64,000 bases of DNA from Octopus vulgaris (taxonomy: Eukaryota): positions 2,480,001-2,544,000 of the forward strand of contig OX597819.1 in NCBI GenBank assembly GCA_951406725.2, given 5' to 3'. Within the stretch, counting starts at the first letter, position 1. Each line of letters opens with the position of its first letter. This document shows, piece by piece, positions 27,680 to 42,003 of this stretch. The translations under genes were made by a program, and so were the position numbers. The notes under the pieces are model-generated. The model did no database searches. It was given only the letters and a program-made list of their open reading frames with translations, and was not told where the DNA came from.

Positions 27680-29800
27680 TCCCTCCACTATCCATGACCA
27701 CATCTCCTCCTCCCGTCTCCCCCACTGCCTCCAACTTCATTGTCCGCACCCCCACAATTAACTTCCTCACCAAAATTCAGAAACTTAACAACCCTGCCCA
27801 CCCCATCGTCTCCGCCTGCAACTGCCCCACTGAACTCATCTCCAGATATCTTGACCATGTCCTTTCCCCCTAGTGGCTTCCCCACCTCTCACATCCATGA
27901 CACAAACCATGCAATTCGTTTGTTCAACACTTTCTCCTTCCCTCCTGGCCCCTCTAAACTTCTCTTCACTCTCGTCATCCAGAGCCTCTACACAGTGATC
28001 CTCCACCACGAGAGGCTGCGTGCATTCCAACATTTTCTTGACCTTTGACCCAACCCCCTACCCGACACATTCACACTCGTTTGTCTGGCCGAACTTGTCC
28101 TTTCACTCAACTGTTTTTCGTTCGCTCGTGATTTTTACCAGCATCTCGAGAGTGGCCATAGGAACGAGAATGTGCCCCAACTATGTGAACCTGTTTGTTG
28201 GCTAACTGGTCCTACTCCCGAACTATCGTGACCTCACTCTCCCGTGAACATCTAGACTCCTTCCTCTCTTTTGTCAAATCTTTCCACCCTGCCCTCCACT
28301 TCTCCTGAACTATCTCTGACACCTCTGTCTCCTTCCTTGACATTTCGGTCAGCATTCATCACTCCACGCTCACAACCTCAATCCACTACAAACACACATA
28401 CTCACACTCAACTTCTCCTCCTACTCCAAACACACCAAGCTTTTCATCCCCTATTTCCAATTCCTCCGTCTACGCAGGCTCTGCAGTGACGACCATGACT
28501 TTGAGACTCAGTCTCAACTCATGGCTCAACACTTCATCCTACGTGGACATCCCCTCACCATTATCCACACCGACCTTGCCAATGCACGTTCTGTAGACCA
28601 TGCATCTGCTCTCTCTCCCCGCACAAGTCCCACCGTCTCCCGTTTCCCCTCACCTACCACCCCACTACCCTACCACTCCAATGCACCATTCTCCGAGCCT
28701 TCCGGCGACTCCAGTCCGGTCCCTCCACTTTGCACATCTTTTCTAACCGACCCCCTCCCCTCTTTCAAACGAGCCTACAACCTACGAGAACTCTTGGTCC
28801 ACAGTTTCTTCCCTAACCCAACCACTCAACCCGGCTCATTCCCCTGCTTCCGCCCACGCAGCTGCACTTGCGCTTACCGGTACCCATCATCGACCCTTGG
28901 CTGACCGGTTCGCGGAACACCTCCTAGGCATCCGACTCGGCAATGACTCCTTGGTCTCGCGCCATTTCCGCTCTACTGGCCACTCTTTGCAACACCTGTC
29001 TGTGTTCGGATTGTCCTTGCATAGGAGCCATCCGGACTCCCGTCGTCACCGTGAACAGAATTTAATCTTCTCTCTTCGCTCCTTTGCACCACATGGGCTC
29101 AACTCTCCTCTCTTCCTCTCACACCTACTTTGCCCTACCCATTTCTCCTCTCTTGCTCCGCTCCGACTCCTACTTCTTCTCTTCACTCCTACTCTCCTCT
29201 TTTCTCTTCAGTCCTACCCACCTTCTCCCTTCCCCCTTTATCGTCACCCCTACTCAATCCCTATACCTCCTATCCCACCCCCACCCACATCACACCACCC
29301 CTATCCATCCTATCTCACCTCCCCCACATCCCAACACCATCACACCACACACCACTACACCATACACCACCATACCACACAACACCACAACACATCATAC
29401 CACCCCTCACACACTAGCACTGACCACTTCCCAACCCCACACCATCATCCACACACCTGCACATGCACACACGCACGCGTCAAGGTCACCAGCCCTCTTC
29501 CACACGCACATATATGCTCTCTTATACACACTTACGCGTATCTTAGTTTTGGGATCACCACTTCTTTGTTATCTCCCTTTTCTCCTAGCTCTCCAATGTG
29601 ACCCCTCTGTCCGGCATTCGCCATGATATATCGCTAGCTACTACACATTCTTTATTCCTTGTTTCTTTCTGTGTTCCTTTCTGTGGAAGAGCGTAGGCTC
29701 GAAACGTAAAAGACTATTTCACTTCCTGAGCGTTAAACTAATACATCTGTTTGTTGTCTACACCACCTGTCTTCGTCATTTTTTGTGTGAATTCTCCCTA
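27680..29800 (+). mobile_element. Degenerate Penelope-like retroelement (RT, GIY-YIG remnant, C-rich 3' UTR, pLTR)
   Basis: PIVSACNCPTELISRYLD, LFTL.IQSLYT, VAIGTRMCPNYVNLFVG, SFLDISV, QFLRLRRLCS and LADRFAEHL. The 3' end is shared with the solo copy at 40507-40697. Confidence 0.9.
29677..29712 (+). ncRNA. Minimal pLTR hammerhead-like motif with non-canonical core CUGUGGA
   Basis: cttt CTGTGGA A GAGC gtag GCTC GAAA C GT A aaag. Confidence 0.6.
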
Positions 29801-30008
29801 TATATATATATATATAAATATTACATTTCAAAATGTAGCCACATGTGAATCGTTGGCGATTTTTTCCTCCTTTTCTATTGACCTTTCCTCTGCTTCGCTC
29901 AAAATGTAAATCTTCCTTTCTTTCCTTCCATTTCCGTCTAGTAGTACTTTACATGTACCATATGCACGCGTTGTTATTTTTTGTGTTTGTTCTTCGTTTG
30001 CGGGGATT

Positions 30009-30053
<45 letters not shown>

Positions 30054-30173
30054 TACACACACACATTCACATACATACATATATATTTATATGCATTTAA
30101 ATGCATGGATATATATTTGTGTGTATGTGTGTGTGTTAAAACAAAAGTATGAAAATTTTGTATATTTTTGATT

Positions 30174-31861
30174 TTATGACAGGGTCCCCCGATCCCTTAT
30201 CTGGTGGGCAATGCGGAAACTGGAGATTGACGAATGGTTGGTAAGGGCTGTACAGGCCCTATACAGAGAAGCTGTTAGTAAGGTTAGGATTGGCAACGAA
30301 TATAATGAAGAATTCCGGGTAGAAGTAGGGGTCCACCAAGGTTCAGCCCTTAGCCTCCTTTTGTTCATCATAGTCATCCAGGCAATAACAGAGGAATTCA
30401 AGACGGGTTGCCCCTGGGAACTCCTCTATGCTGATGACCTGGCCCTCATAGCAGAATCACTACCGGAACTAGAAAAGAAATTTCGGGTGTGGAAGCTAGG
30501 TTTAGAATCAATGGGCCTTAGAGTAAATGTAGCAAAGACCAAAGTTATAGTAAGCAGAAAGGCGAACTCATTACACACACCCTCGGGCAGGTGGCCCTGC
30601 TCGATCTATAGAAAAGGTGTAGGTAGAAACTCCATAAGATGTACCCAGTGTAAGCTATGGACGCGTAAGAGATGCAGCAACATCAAAGGAAAATTAACCA
30701 AGAAGATAGCTTTCATGTGCGGCAGATGCACAGGGGCAATAGACACCACAGATACTCAGAAAACAGATTCCATCACACTCCACGAGGGGAAACTAGAAGT
30801 AGTTGATAGTTTCCGCTACCTAGGTGACCAAGTTAGTAGTGGAGGTGGAGAGGCTTAGAGAGTGTCACCACTAGAATACGAATAGCCTGGGCGAAGTTTA
30901 GAAAGCTCCTACTCCTACTGGTGACAAAGGGTCTCTCACTCAGAGTGAAAGGTAGATTGTACGATGCATGTGTGCGAACTGCCATGCTTCACGGTAGTGA
31001 AACATGGGCTGTGACTGCAGAAGACATGTGTAGACTTGAAAGAAATGAAGCTAACATGATCCGCTGGATGTGTAATGTCAGTGTGCACACACGACAGAGT
31101 GTAACGCTCTGAGAGAACTGCTGGACATAAGAAGCATCAGATGTGGTGTGCAAGAGAGACATTTGCGCTGGTATGGTCATGTACTGCGGATGGATGAGGA
31201 GAGATGTGTGAAGAAGTGCCACTCCCATACAGTTGAAGGTATCCGGGGTAGAGCTCGACCCAGGAAGACATGGGATGAAGTGGTCAATCATGACATTCGA
31301 ACGTTGGGCCTCACGGAGGCAATGACGAAAGACCGAGATCTCAGGAGATATGCTGTGACTGCAAAGACCCGACAAATAATGTGAGTTCATGGCTGTTTCC
31401 TGCACCAGTTTCGCGTAGCCCCAGCCCATCCGAAGTACCTTGGACTGCAGAACGACCTGCTGTGCTTACCTTGGATCGTAGGGTGACCTGCTGTTCGTGA
31501 GGAGACCTATTGAGTCAAGTACATCAACATCAAAATAAATATCAAATGGAAATTGTAGTTGAGATACCTGTGTCGGCGGCACGTAAAAAGCACCATCCGA
31601 ACGTGGCCGATGCCAGCGCTGCCTTGACTGGCTTCTGTGCCGCTGGTTCGTAAAAAGCACCAACCGATCGTGGCCGTTGGCAGTCTCATCTGGCCCCTGT
31701 GCCAGTTGCATGTAAAAAGCAACCATTACACTCATGGAGTGGTTGGCGTTAGGAAGGGCATCCAGTTGTAGAAACACTGCCAGATCAGACTGGAGCTTGG
31801 TGCAGCCTCCTGGCTTCCCAGACCCCGGTCGAACCGTCCAACCCGTGCTAGCATGGAAACC

Positions 31862-31912
<51 letters not shown>
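30174..31912 (+). mobile_element. 5'-truncated RTE-clade LINE with 3' UTR and (GAT)n tail
   Basis: GVHQGSALS, LLYADDLAL, FRYLG, LHGSETW and LRWYGHVLRM...RPRKTW. A Cys-rich insert follows the RT. (GAT)n at 31862-31912. Confidence 0.93.
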
Positions 31913-31914
<2 letters not shown>

Positions 31915-32234
31915 CTTGTTTCATTACAGGATAAGAGTTACGAGGTATATACATGCGGAAAGCAGCGATAGGATTTCCTATCCATAATTCTTCAGACAAA
32001 GATTCAAAAATAATATTATAGTATGTTATTATTTTTTTAACTTTTTGTCTAAACAATTAGAGTTAGGAGATCCTATACATGCTTTCTACTTCGATATATC
32101 TTGTAACTCCATTCTTGGAATGGAACGCGAGTGACGTGGAATTAAAGATATTACAAGTTTTACAATCTTTGTTTAATATATACTTACTCTTCAAATAAGA
32201 TTTTTTAAAAATAATATAAAATAACTATATACAA

Positions 32235-32379
32235 AGGCGTAGCTGTGTGGTAAGAAACATGCTTCCCAACTACATGGTTCCGGGTTCAGTCCCACTTCGC
32301 GGCACCTTGGACAAATGTCTTCCACTATAGCCACGGACCTTAAGAGTGGATTTCATAGACGAAAACTGAAATAAGCCCG

Positions 32380-32382
<3 letters not shown>
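32235..32382 (+). mobile_element. tRNA-derived SINE, 5' half
   Basis: A box tagctgtgtgg and B box ggttcagtcc. Matches 51768-51930. Confidence 0.85.
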
Positions 32383-32419
<37 letters not shown>

Positions 32420-32755
32420 TCACCTCAATAGACGTCAATGATTGGTTGAAATTGCCGAAATGCAAGAAATTAAACAACAAATAGCTTACAAACTACAGAC
32501 TTTTCTCAAGAAAGCTAAGAGAAAAAGATGTTTTATGTAACACACTAACAGTATACGAAGTTTAAAAGTGTTTAGTTACAAAGAAATTATTTTAAAAATC
32601 TGCCGGAAAAGATCTTATATCTTCACTAATTGTGACTGAGCGTGCCGAAACATCTATATTGCAAGAAGTAAAAGTTAAAAACTCTTAATGCTGTAAGAAG
32701 CGCGCAGCATGTACACACTGACAGGAAAGATAACCGCACCGTGAGGATCACTAGA

Positions 32756-32795
32756 CTAAACTAGTTTCGCCTGTCAGTAATAGGCTCGTCAATAG
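32756..32795 (-). ncRNA. Minimal type I hammerhead motif (U3.G8)
   Basis: Minus strand reads cta TTGACGA GCCT attactgac AGGC GAAA CTAG TT tag. Palindromic helix III ACTAGT. Confidence 0.65.
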
Positions 32796-32842
32796 AGACT
32801 ACTCAAACGCTCTGTTTGGCTAAATCCGCCTGCCAATATATT

Positions 32843-33696
32843 CAGGGTGCGATGAATAAATTGTCGTCTAAATCACACAAAAATGAAAATAACACTGACA
32901 TCTCATTTTAACTGTTATATTTACCAAAATTACATAAAAATCCTTTGAAATACTAAAGAGTAAATTTATTCAATAAAATCAACATTAGCTTTAACTAAGG
33001 CCTCCAGACGACTTCGGAATCTCCTGCAACACTTCTGGACGGTCTCATTGTTGGTGAATGCTGCCATGATCTTTGTCTTCAATTCATCTTTGGTGTTACA
33101 AGGACTTTTGTTGGTCTCTCGATCAACTGCACCCCGCGCATAATAATCAAGGGGATTGCAGTCTGGGGAGTTAGGTTGCCAGATGTTAGAGATGGCGTGG
33201 TCTCAAAAATTGTCTGACAGCCATGATTGGGTCTCCTGCTTGTGTGGCATGGTGCAGAGTCCTGTAGCCAGACATAGTGTCTTCCAGCAGCCACCCTCTT
33301 GACCCAGGGCAGCACTACCTCCTCCAGGAGGCTTCCGTGTAGAGTCTGAGACCACGTGGGTTGATGAATGGTGGCATAACGTCGCCATCACTAGTGATCA
33401 CTCACTCCAAACACCATGATGTTGACTTGATGTTTGATTTTTATCACCCTTGGTACATATACTGTCCTCAGATTGACGCCCAAACACTCTGAAATGTTCG
33501 TGTTGGTGCTTCCAGTGTGAATGCCAAGCAATAGAACTTGTTTCCAAGTTTCTGGCAGAGTGAATTGCTTCATTGTGTTGTTTTTTTTCACAGACGGTAC
33601 CCAACTGACCCTGCCATACAGTGTAGTCAACAAAAAACAACGCGCATGCGCGAAATTAAAGTTATAAAATGGCGACAATTTACCCATCGCACGCTG
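32843..33696 (-). mobile_element. Internally deleted DD37D (maT-like) Tc1/mariner transposon
   Basis: TIRs cagggtgcgatgaataaattgtcg / cgacaatttacccatcgcacgctg. Motifs WLQDSAPCHTS and SPDCNPLDYY (third catalytic residue D). Confidence 0.87.
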
Positions 33697-34284
33697 TATA
33701 TTTTTACCATTGAAATTTATGGCTGATTTAGCGAAATGCTAATGAGTATGTGTATATTAAAAATTATATGGTATCATATTGCGCCTAGCTGTTTATATTT
33801 GTGTGTGTCTGTACATACAAATTATAGTGATTCAGGTGTCTATAAAATATCTTCTCATTTCGTTAAAACAATATTGTTAATGAAATCTTCGCTGTTTTGT
33901 AGCAAATACCTTTTGATAGATAAATCGCTTTATATATTTTAGTTAATACCATAATCCAAATATGAAATATATATATATTGTTCTGGAAATCGTACACTAT
34001 GACGGTAATCCCGTCCAATTGTCATACGTAGTCCAACTTGAACAACCTAACATTGGACAAGCTCTCCTGGAAACATTAAGGAGTATCAGTCAATCGAGGA
34101 GTGCTGATGTTGAGTGTTAAATGGACATAGACGAGAGCAAGTAACTCCTACAATGGAGAGGAGTGATAGGATAGAAAGCGAGCAAATAAAACCTTAACAA
34201 AGCTCAGTAGACCTCGGTTTTTAGCATGAACGCATTGATACTAAAGAAATTTTCGATCACACTGTCTACTTGCATATGTGTGTC

Positions 34285-34762
34285 TGGCTGGCTGGCTGGC
34301 TGGCTGGCTGGATGGATGGATGGATGGATGGATGGATGGATGGATGGATGGATGGATGGATGGATGGATCGATCGATCGATCGATCGATGGATGGATGGA
34401 TGGATGGATGATGGATGGATGGATGGATTGATGGATGGATGGATGGATGGATGGATGGATGGATGGATGGATGGATGGATGGATGGATGGATGGATGGAT
34501 CGATGGATGGATCGATGGATCGATGGATGGATCGATGGATCGATGGATCGATGGATGGATGGATGGATGGATGGATGGATGGCTGCCTGGATGGATGGAT
34601 GGATGGATGGATGGATGGATGGATGGATGGATGGATGGATGGATGGATGGATGGATGGATGGATGGATGGATGGATGGATGGATGGATGGATGAATGGAT
34701 GGATGGATGGATGGATGGATGGATGGATGGATGGATGGATGGATGGATGGATGGATGGATGG
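34285..34762. repeat. (GGCT)n then (GGAT)n microsatellite with GATC variants
   Basis: Visible run. Confidence 0.97.
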
Positions 34763-34764
34763 AA

Positions 34765-34985
34765 TGTTCCGGGGCTTGCACTCACGATTGCAAGATCATG
34801 CTTTCGCTCACCGGTCTGCGTTCTTTATCAAAACACTTAACTTCACTTTTTTCCACTCACCTGTGTGCACAGTGTTGACTTTACAGAACCAATGAGCTAA
34901 TGTACACCACACAGTTGATCACTGTAAACAAATTGAATGTGCACGTTATCCAGCAAGAAATTGCAGAATCCTCATCAGACGTCTA
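34765..34985 (+). mobile_element. Degenerate SINE (family of 60750-61020)
   Basis: ttgcactcacgatt.., caaaacactt and ttgatcactgtaaac..cagcaagaaattgcagaa are shared with 60776-61005. Confidence 0.6.
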
Positions 34986-35239
34986 AGACACGAGAGCCTA
35001 GTATGTGTGTACATATGTATGTATGTTTGTATGTATGTATGTATGTATGTTTGTATGTATGTATGTATGTATGTATGTATGTATGTATGTATGCATGCAT
35101 GTATGCATGTATGTATGTATGTATGCATGAATGTATGTATGTACGTTCGTACGTATATATGTATGTACGTACGTACACATATATGTGTATATGTACGTAC
35201 GTATGCCTCTTCTATTTTTAGTTATTATAAATCTTCCAC

Positions 35240-36795
35240 TGAGGTGGGAGCCGGTTTCCAAAAAAGATATAAGGCTCCATCTTTGGGATGTAGTTAACAC
35301 AGACAAATTCACATTTGGAACTTGAGAAAAGTCTTGCATATTTTGACTGTTCCCCTCACAGATTACTCTTGTAATGTACAAATTAACCAGATTCTCCTTT
35401 AAGAATTTTACTAACAAAACCTAGTGCTCCAATTATTATTGGTATGAATATGAATTCATAGTCTGGATATAGAAACTGGAGGTTTTGAAGCAGTTGTCCA
35501 TAGATATCCTCATTTCCTTTGATTTTCAAAGAGATATTTATATTTGCAGGGCAGCTGACGTTTATGACGGTACATACCTTTGTCCCTCTGTCCCAAACAA
35601 CAAGTTCCAACCTGTTATGTTTACATTTGACAGAGGTTTTGATGAGAAACTTGCATCAGTATTCCTTGAGTTGGTGTTTATGAATGTATTCCATAATAGA
35701 GGGATTTTCTAAGTTTGTTTCAGGACAGTCTTTTTTGCGGATGGCATAGTAAATTGCTTTAGTGACAGCATCGTGCTGCATAGGGAAGTAGTACCGTGGC
35801 GACATTTTAGGACAGCTGCTAACCACATGCATGACATAGCCTACACATGCAGTTGCACCTTGAGATTACAAGAGCGTCACTGTCTATCTTGTTCACCGGG
35901 TACTTTGGGGGAATCTCCTGTTCCTGGATTGCAAACGCATAGCCTTCAAAGTGTTATGCGATGTCTTGTGTCTAAGAAAGGCTGCACTTCCTGTCAATTC
36001 CACTGTCTTCTTCAAGCTTCCGGGCAACATACCCATGCATAGTCTTTTTTCGTGTGTGTGAATGTGTGCTGAGTGCTGTCCATCCAGGTCTTCTCTGAGG
36101 TAAAAGATCCCAGCTGTTTTGAGGCTGTATAGGAGATCATCAGGAAGGGAGTGCTTCTTGGGGAGCTCACTGCCGATTCGTACAATGCTGCTCACTTCAC
36201 TTTTCAGCCCTGTATTTACATAATTTTGCTGCTGTTGTTCAGCAGGTGCTGCCTGAGTGATACCATACGGCATTCGAAGACCGTCTGCCCTGATCTCAGG
36301 CCCCTACCACCCTCATTTCTTCTTAGACAGAGACTGTCAACATCACTGTTGTCAGGAGTTTTCAGGTTTTGATATCTATGGAGTGGATTTCCTCTACAGA
36401 TCAATCAAGTTTCCCAAATGTTGGGATCAGCGCTGGTACTGCAAATGCATTGCGAGATACCGTTTTGGGAGAGTTCCGACTGCCATATTTTCCTAAGTCT
36501 GGTATAATACTCTCGGGTTACTCTATTTTTATTCATAGTACCTTCATATGATACATTTTCATATATGCCTAGGTACTTTAACAGTCTTTGTGTGAATAGG
36601 GGAGGTAGAGAGACTGTTGATGCACAGGTTTTGGGTTTTGGGACTGACTTTCCTCGTTCTATGACCAAATATGAACATTTCATTTGGCCAAATTTCATGC
36701 CTATATCAACTGAAAATGTTATTAATTCCAGTTCTTTTTTGGCATTGTTAACATTTTTAGCATAAATCTTGAGGTCGTCTACAAAGAAATATGAA
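35240..36795 (-). mobile_element. Decayed R4/Dong-like non-LTR retrotransposon (RT plus restriction-like endonuclease)
   Basis: Minus strand reads FVDDLKIYAKN, KYLGIYE, RRNEGGRGL, HVVSSCPK..HDAV, VVWDR..C.VINVSCP and FIPIIIGALG. Confidence 0.85.
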
Positions 36796-37117
36796 TTACA
36801 TTGATATTTCTAGAAGTTGAAAATTCTAGCATGTAACCATGTTTTCTTCAGTAGGAACGATAATGGATTCAATGTTTTTATGTATGTATGTAGCTACGTA
36901 TATATGTATGTTCGTACATATATGCATATATGTATGTACATATGTATGCATGTATATATGTATGTATGCATGTATCTATGTATGTATGCATGCATATGTG
37001 TATGCATGCATGTCTGTATATATGCATGTATGTACATATGTATTTATGCATGCGTGTATCTATGTATATATGTATGCATGTGTATACGTATGTATATATA
37101 AATATATATGTGTGTTT

Positions 37118-39400
37118 CAATGGTGGAATTCAAATGTTTTTACGAATCGGTTCTCTTTTTACATTTCTGAATATTTTTGCCAATGAAATAACCAAATATA
37201 AAATCAACAAATAAGTAAATAAACAAGTGACAAGTGCTTTCATATAATATACTTTTATTTACTATCACACTTTAAATATTTCCATATTATAGCTTTATTT
37301 TCATGGTATTTATTTTACTGTATGTTTTACTCTATTGTCGGTATCTGTGTCATTTTCTGTAACCGCATTTTATCAGAATCCGTACAACCCTACAAATTGA
37401 ATGGATGGCCGACCAAATTAATCACTATAAGATTTGTCACATGTTTTATACTTCAACGCGATTTCTTTTAACAGATTAAGTAAAGGTCATAATCGATAAT
37501 CCCCTTTCTGACTCTGTAGAACTTGCAGCAATGTTATTAACGATATTTTTAAGTTTTGTACTGTTGTGGAAATCGCTTAGTTATTTTGGACAATATTTTC
37601 AACATAATTCTTGAATTCATTGACACAGATCTTACGGTAAAACTGCTTATTGAATCCGTCTAATTTCTCTTCAACATCTTTCCAAAGAACAACAACTCTA
37701 TCAATGTTCCAAGAAGCTGAGTTAACAATATTTACCAATGCATGAATTCTGTTAGTTCTTGAGTGCTATATCTTGATTTTATAATGTCACAATCTATCGA
37801 TCTCAGATTCATATTCCTTATTACTGCATTCAGTAGTCTTTGATGAAAAAGGCTCATATATTTCTTATTTTCGCCAAACTCAATATCTTGAAACGCTTTT
37901 GAAGTAATGATTTCATCTATTTTCCTTTCATGCGTACCCATTCTTTCTTAGACCACTGAAAGCCTTTGCTCACCTTTTTATTAAATTTTTCAGCTTGTGG
38001 TAGATTTTAAATTTCTTTCTTGGAAAGTATTTCTGCCAACAACTCTAATATGATTGCTAAATTTTCAAGAAAATATTTGGGGAAAAGGGAATTGGCCATT
38101 CCTGCATATTTTCCCTCAGGCGAAAGATATTCAGTCAAAGCTATATAAGTATGCTATACTGCAGGTGCTGACCAAAGAGTGCAAGCAGCCCATGTGGCTC
38201 CTATTACCCTACGAATCTTTTAGATTTCTAATCCAATTTGTTCTGAATTTTTTTTAGTTTTATTTGGTTTTATTTGATTGGTGAAAGGTCAAGTACATTT
38301 CATCAATAGATAATTTCAACCAAAAAAGTTCCAGGCGATGACTCAAGTAGACATATTAATCTAAGCAAAATCATTTTTTGATTTTAGTACTACTTCCTGA
38401 ACTCTTCCTAAGAATAGCATTGAACAAAATAGAATCAGATTATTTTTTTAATACCCATCGTGAACTCCTGGAAAATACAGACATTTTGTCATAATACAGA
38501 AATTTTGTTCTTGCAAATGAAATCGAAACAAATTGGTGAAAAATCACTAATTTCAACTTGCGCAAATATGATGACGACCAGTTAAACCGCTCGAACCTAC
38601 ATTTCTAGTTTTATTTATTTAAGACGCCTTGCGAGAATGAAGTCGTACTCTTATTTCTATATCATTTGTAGCTCAGTCACAACCTCACAACCTCACAACC
38701 CGAAAGTGGCATGCTTCATTGTGGTATATTTCATTAAAAATTTTACACATGGAACTTATATATTTTTCATTTATTGTAACAATGGATTTTATAGTTGTAT
38801 TCCCTCCGCGCTCCTTGTATTTGCTTACACATAATATACTCTTGAAGAAAAGTGGCCATTCGTTTTTTTTTTTGTTTTTTTTTTTCTAGAGATCCTGTGG
38901 ATCAACGATATTTGATCCCGACGCTTCAACATTGTAGCTTCTTCATTGCTTTGATACATTTATTACCTTAATGCTTATGAACCCAAATTTTGCGCATTGA
39001 TTACACCTAAGTTTCTTATTGATAACGAACAAACGATCATTCAATTTCCTTCATAATCCGGAAAACTGGAAGAACATTTCTTTCGTTTTGCACACTCATA
39101 GGAATTTCATCGAATGCTAACGTTCAAGTTTAATGTTGAATCTATTCTTATTTCACTGAATGTGTTAATGATTTTTTCCTTGAATTAGTTCTGCAAAATA
39201 GAAAATTCATCATATTTTGCTGGCGTTTCATTATACGTGTCCAAGTGGCATAATAAGCATTGTGAAAATACTTTGATACCACAAATGTTTTTCATGTCAA
39301 GTTATTGAACAGACGTTGATTCCATAGTTAATTAAGATGGTAAACAATGCAGAAATATAGATTCACTTTTTTATTAAATGTTTGTTGGTTCTGTCATGCT
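37118..39400 (-). mobile_element. Decayed hAT transposase remnant (KIAA1586/ZNF862-like)
   Basis: Minus strand NIVNNIAASSTESERGLSIM (hAT dimerisation motif) near 37490-37550, with broken ORFs upstream. Possible terminus caatggtggaattcaaa at 37118. The right boundary is uncertain. Confidence 0.65.
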
Positions 39401-40445
39401 AAAACAAACAATTCCTAGCAATAAATAGATGAAATGGTTATCTATTACAAATACCAGGCGCTAAATATACTGATCTAAAATAGGGGAAAATATAATGCAA
39501 TTCAAAAGTTGTTTTAGGAAATTTCAAAATAAAATTTGCGTGTGACCGGGTAGAAATATCGATGTTAATAATCACTTAAAAATATGAACAACGTAAAATA
39601 TGAAGAAGGGAGAGAAAAGTAAAATATTTTGTAAAATTTCCTCTCGAGAACTAGACATGTATTTCGATAGGTTTTCGATAAAACGCTCAAATAGTGAGTA
39701 GATAAAACAATACTTGGTTGTTTTAAAGATTTCAAAATAAAATTATGAGAAAATAACTTGAAAATAAGGTAAGTTTCCTATTAAATATCCACTGAGGAAT
39801 CGATTCAGTGAAAAAAGCTATTCATATTTTAGCAGTTTTTTTTTTGTGGGGGGGATAAACACTAAAATACGAAATGACAAAAAAATTAAAGGGCTTCCTT
39901 ATTGGTGCAGAGATTTCAAAATCAAAATTGCGTATGACTAAATGCAAATTAAAATATTAATAAACGTAAATTGAAAAGTGAATAAAATGAAATGCCTCCT
40001 ACTAAAAAATACTATCAAAGAAGTTTAAAAGTGTTGTAATTTTCTTCCAATGATGATAGACGAATCATGTGTTAGAATTCTGAGCAGTGTATGAAGATTA
40101 TGATTACTTGCTTTTCAGAGACTTTATAAGTTCAGAGTTCAATTGGTAAATTAAAAGGATGGCCATCACAACTATCTATAATCGTGTGAAGTCCAGGATA
40201 GTCTAAAAGATTCATTAAAGTGTGATTCTGCGATCTGATTGGTGTTGGCTCATATTTGTAACCTGGGACTTACAAGTTGCTCTCCTATATTAACGTTCAT
40301 CTATCTACTGAAGCACAAACTTTCCGTCGGTTTCTTTCTCCAACATACTTATACTCGTTTACCCAATGTGTATAGGCGAGGAAATTTAAGAACTGGTTGT
40401 CTGAACTTATGTAATTATAGTAACATCTTTATGTGTGTGTGTTTT

Positions 40446-40506
<61 letters not shown>

Positions 40507-40510
<4 letters not shown>

Positions 40511-40697
40511 CGCCATGATAGATCGCTAGCCACTACACAATCTTTATTTTCTCTCCTTGTTTCTTTCTGTAATCCTTTCTGTGGAAGAGAGTAGGCTCGA
40601 AACGTTAAAGCCTTTTTCACTCTTCGAGTGTTAAACTAATACATCTGTTTGTTGTCTACACCACCTGTCTTCGTCTGTTTTTTGTGAATTCTCCCTA
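40507..40697 (+). mobile_element. Solo pLTR of the PLE at 27680-29800, with HHR-like motif at 40575-40610
   Basis: Colinear with 29617-29800. Motif cttt CTGTGGA A GAGagtagGCTC GAAA C GT T aaag. Flanked by TA repeats. Confidence 0.85.
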
Positions 40698-41069
40698 TAT
40701 ATAATATAAATAATATATAAATATATGCATATATACATATATATATGTACATACCTACATCTATATGTACATCTGCATCTACGCGGAGTAGACGAAACAA
40801 GGACAACTGAAGAAGGAGAATATTCCTTGTGTTGTATGTTTTGCATTCTGTTCTTTTGTTGTTTGAAAAATATTTCGTTTCCATGTTTTTGTTTTTATGT
40901 TTTTGTTTCTCATTGTGTTCAACGTATTTTTTTATGTCCTGTACCAATATATGCACATATATATATACATATAGATAAAGATATGTACATATATGTATGT
41001 ATATATGCATATATTTATATATTATTTATTTTATTATATGATCGAACGCCACGCATCCTTTTCCAAGTA

Positions 41070-41159
<90 letters not shown>

Positions 41160-41917
41160 GAAACTGCATGTATATGGTTTATATATATGCAGTTCACAAA
41201 GTACCCTTTATTTTTAAGCAAATGTTGATCTGTAAATCGTGATAATGATTTGAAAAGCATAGCAGAGCGTGAGAGGTCGGGCGGTTAATCCCATGCAAGT
41301 CGGCAGCCAGCATAAATAATACCCTTATAAGAGGTGGCCAGAACTGAATAAGAAATGAAACTAGCAAAAAGAGATTTAACAAAATAAAACCTGTCTTACA
41401 CTACGATGCAAGTGTTCCAAAATTGTGAATGAGAATTACAGAAAGATTTAATGGAGATATTACGTGTGACTTACTCTTGACTTCGTATTTGGAACAAACC
41501 CGGAAAATATATAAACTTACGATCTTTCATCACATTGAAATATTTCCAAGATAAAGGCGAGCGCTATTTGAAAGTAATAATTTAAATATCATATGCTGTA
41601 TTGAATTTTGTAGTTGAGAAATTTCGAATTTACATGACAAAAGACAGAAAAGCAATAATCGAAACTTTGTATAAAAAAGATATTCAGATAAATAAATTTA
41701 AGACAAATCTATAGTTTATGGCGAATCAATTAATTCATTCAATCATAGCAAAATAATGCACGGAATGTTTTTATATAATTTTAAAGTTTTACAGAGTTTT
41801 ATTCAAATTTAAGTAAATAGAATTAACAAGCGCCATTCGATTTTGCGTGATGTAATAACACAGGAAATTGGTCTTAAAAGATAAATAGAATGTTTCCACA
41901 AAATAATCACTCACTGA

Positions 41918-41951
<34 letters not shown>

Positions 41952-41960
41952 ATATATATA

Positions 41961-42003
<43 letters not shown>

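Noticed and set aside
28897-29626. His/Pro/Thr-rich ORFs as a host gene
   Set aside because: They read through from the PLE endonuclease remnant into its C/A-rich low-complexity 3' UTR.
39788-39812. cactgaggaatcgattcagtgaaa
   Set aside because: The CUGAGGA is sequestered in a simple hairpin and no helix I or III forms.
40775-40820. tctacgcggagtagacgaaacaaggacaactgaaga as a permuted hammerhead
   Set aside because: No helix I and no UH site. It may be a truncated relic but is not supportable.
41260-41345. GC-richer island considered as a twister or HDV-like ribozyme
   Set aside because: The required pseudoknot pairings could not be assigned by eye.
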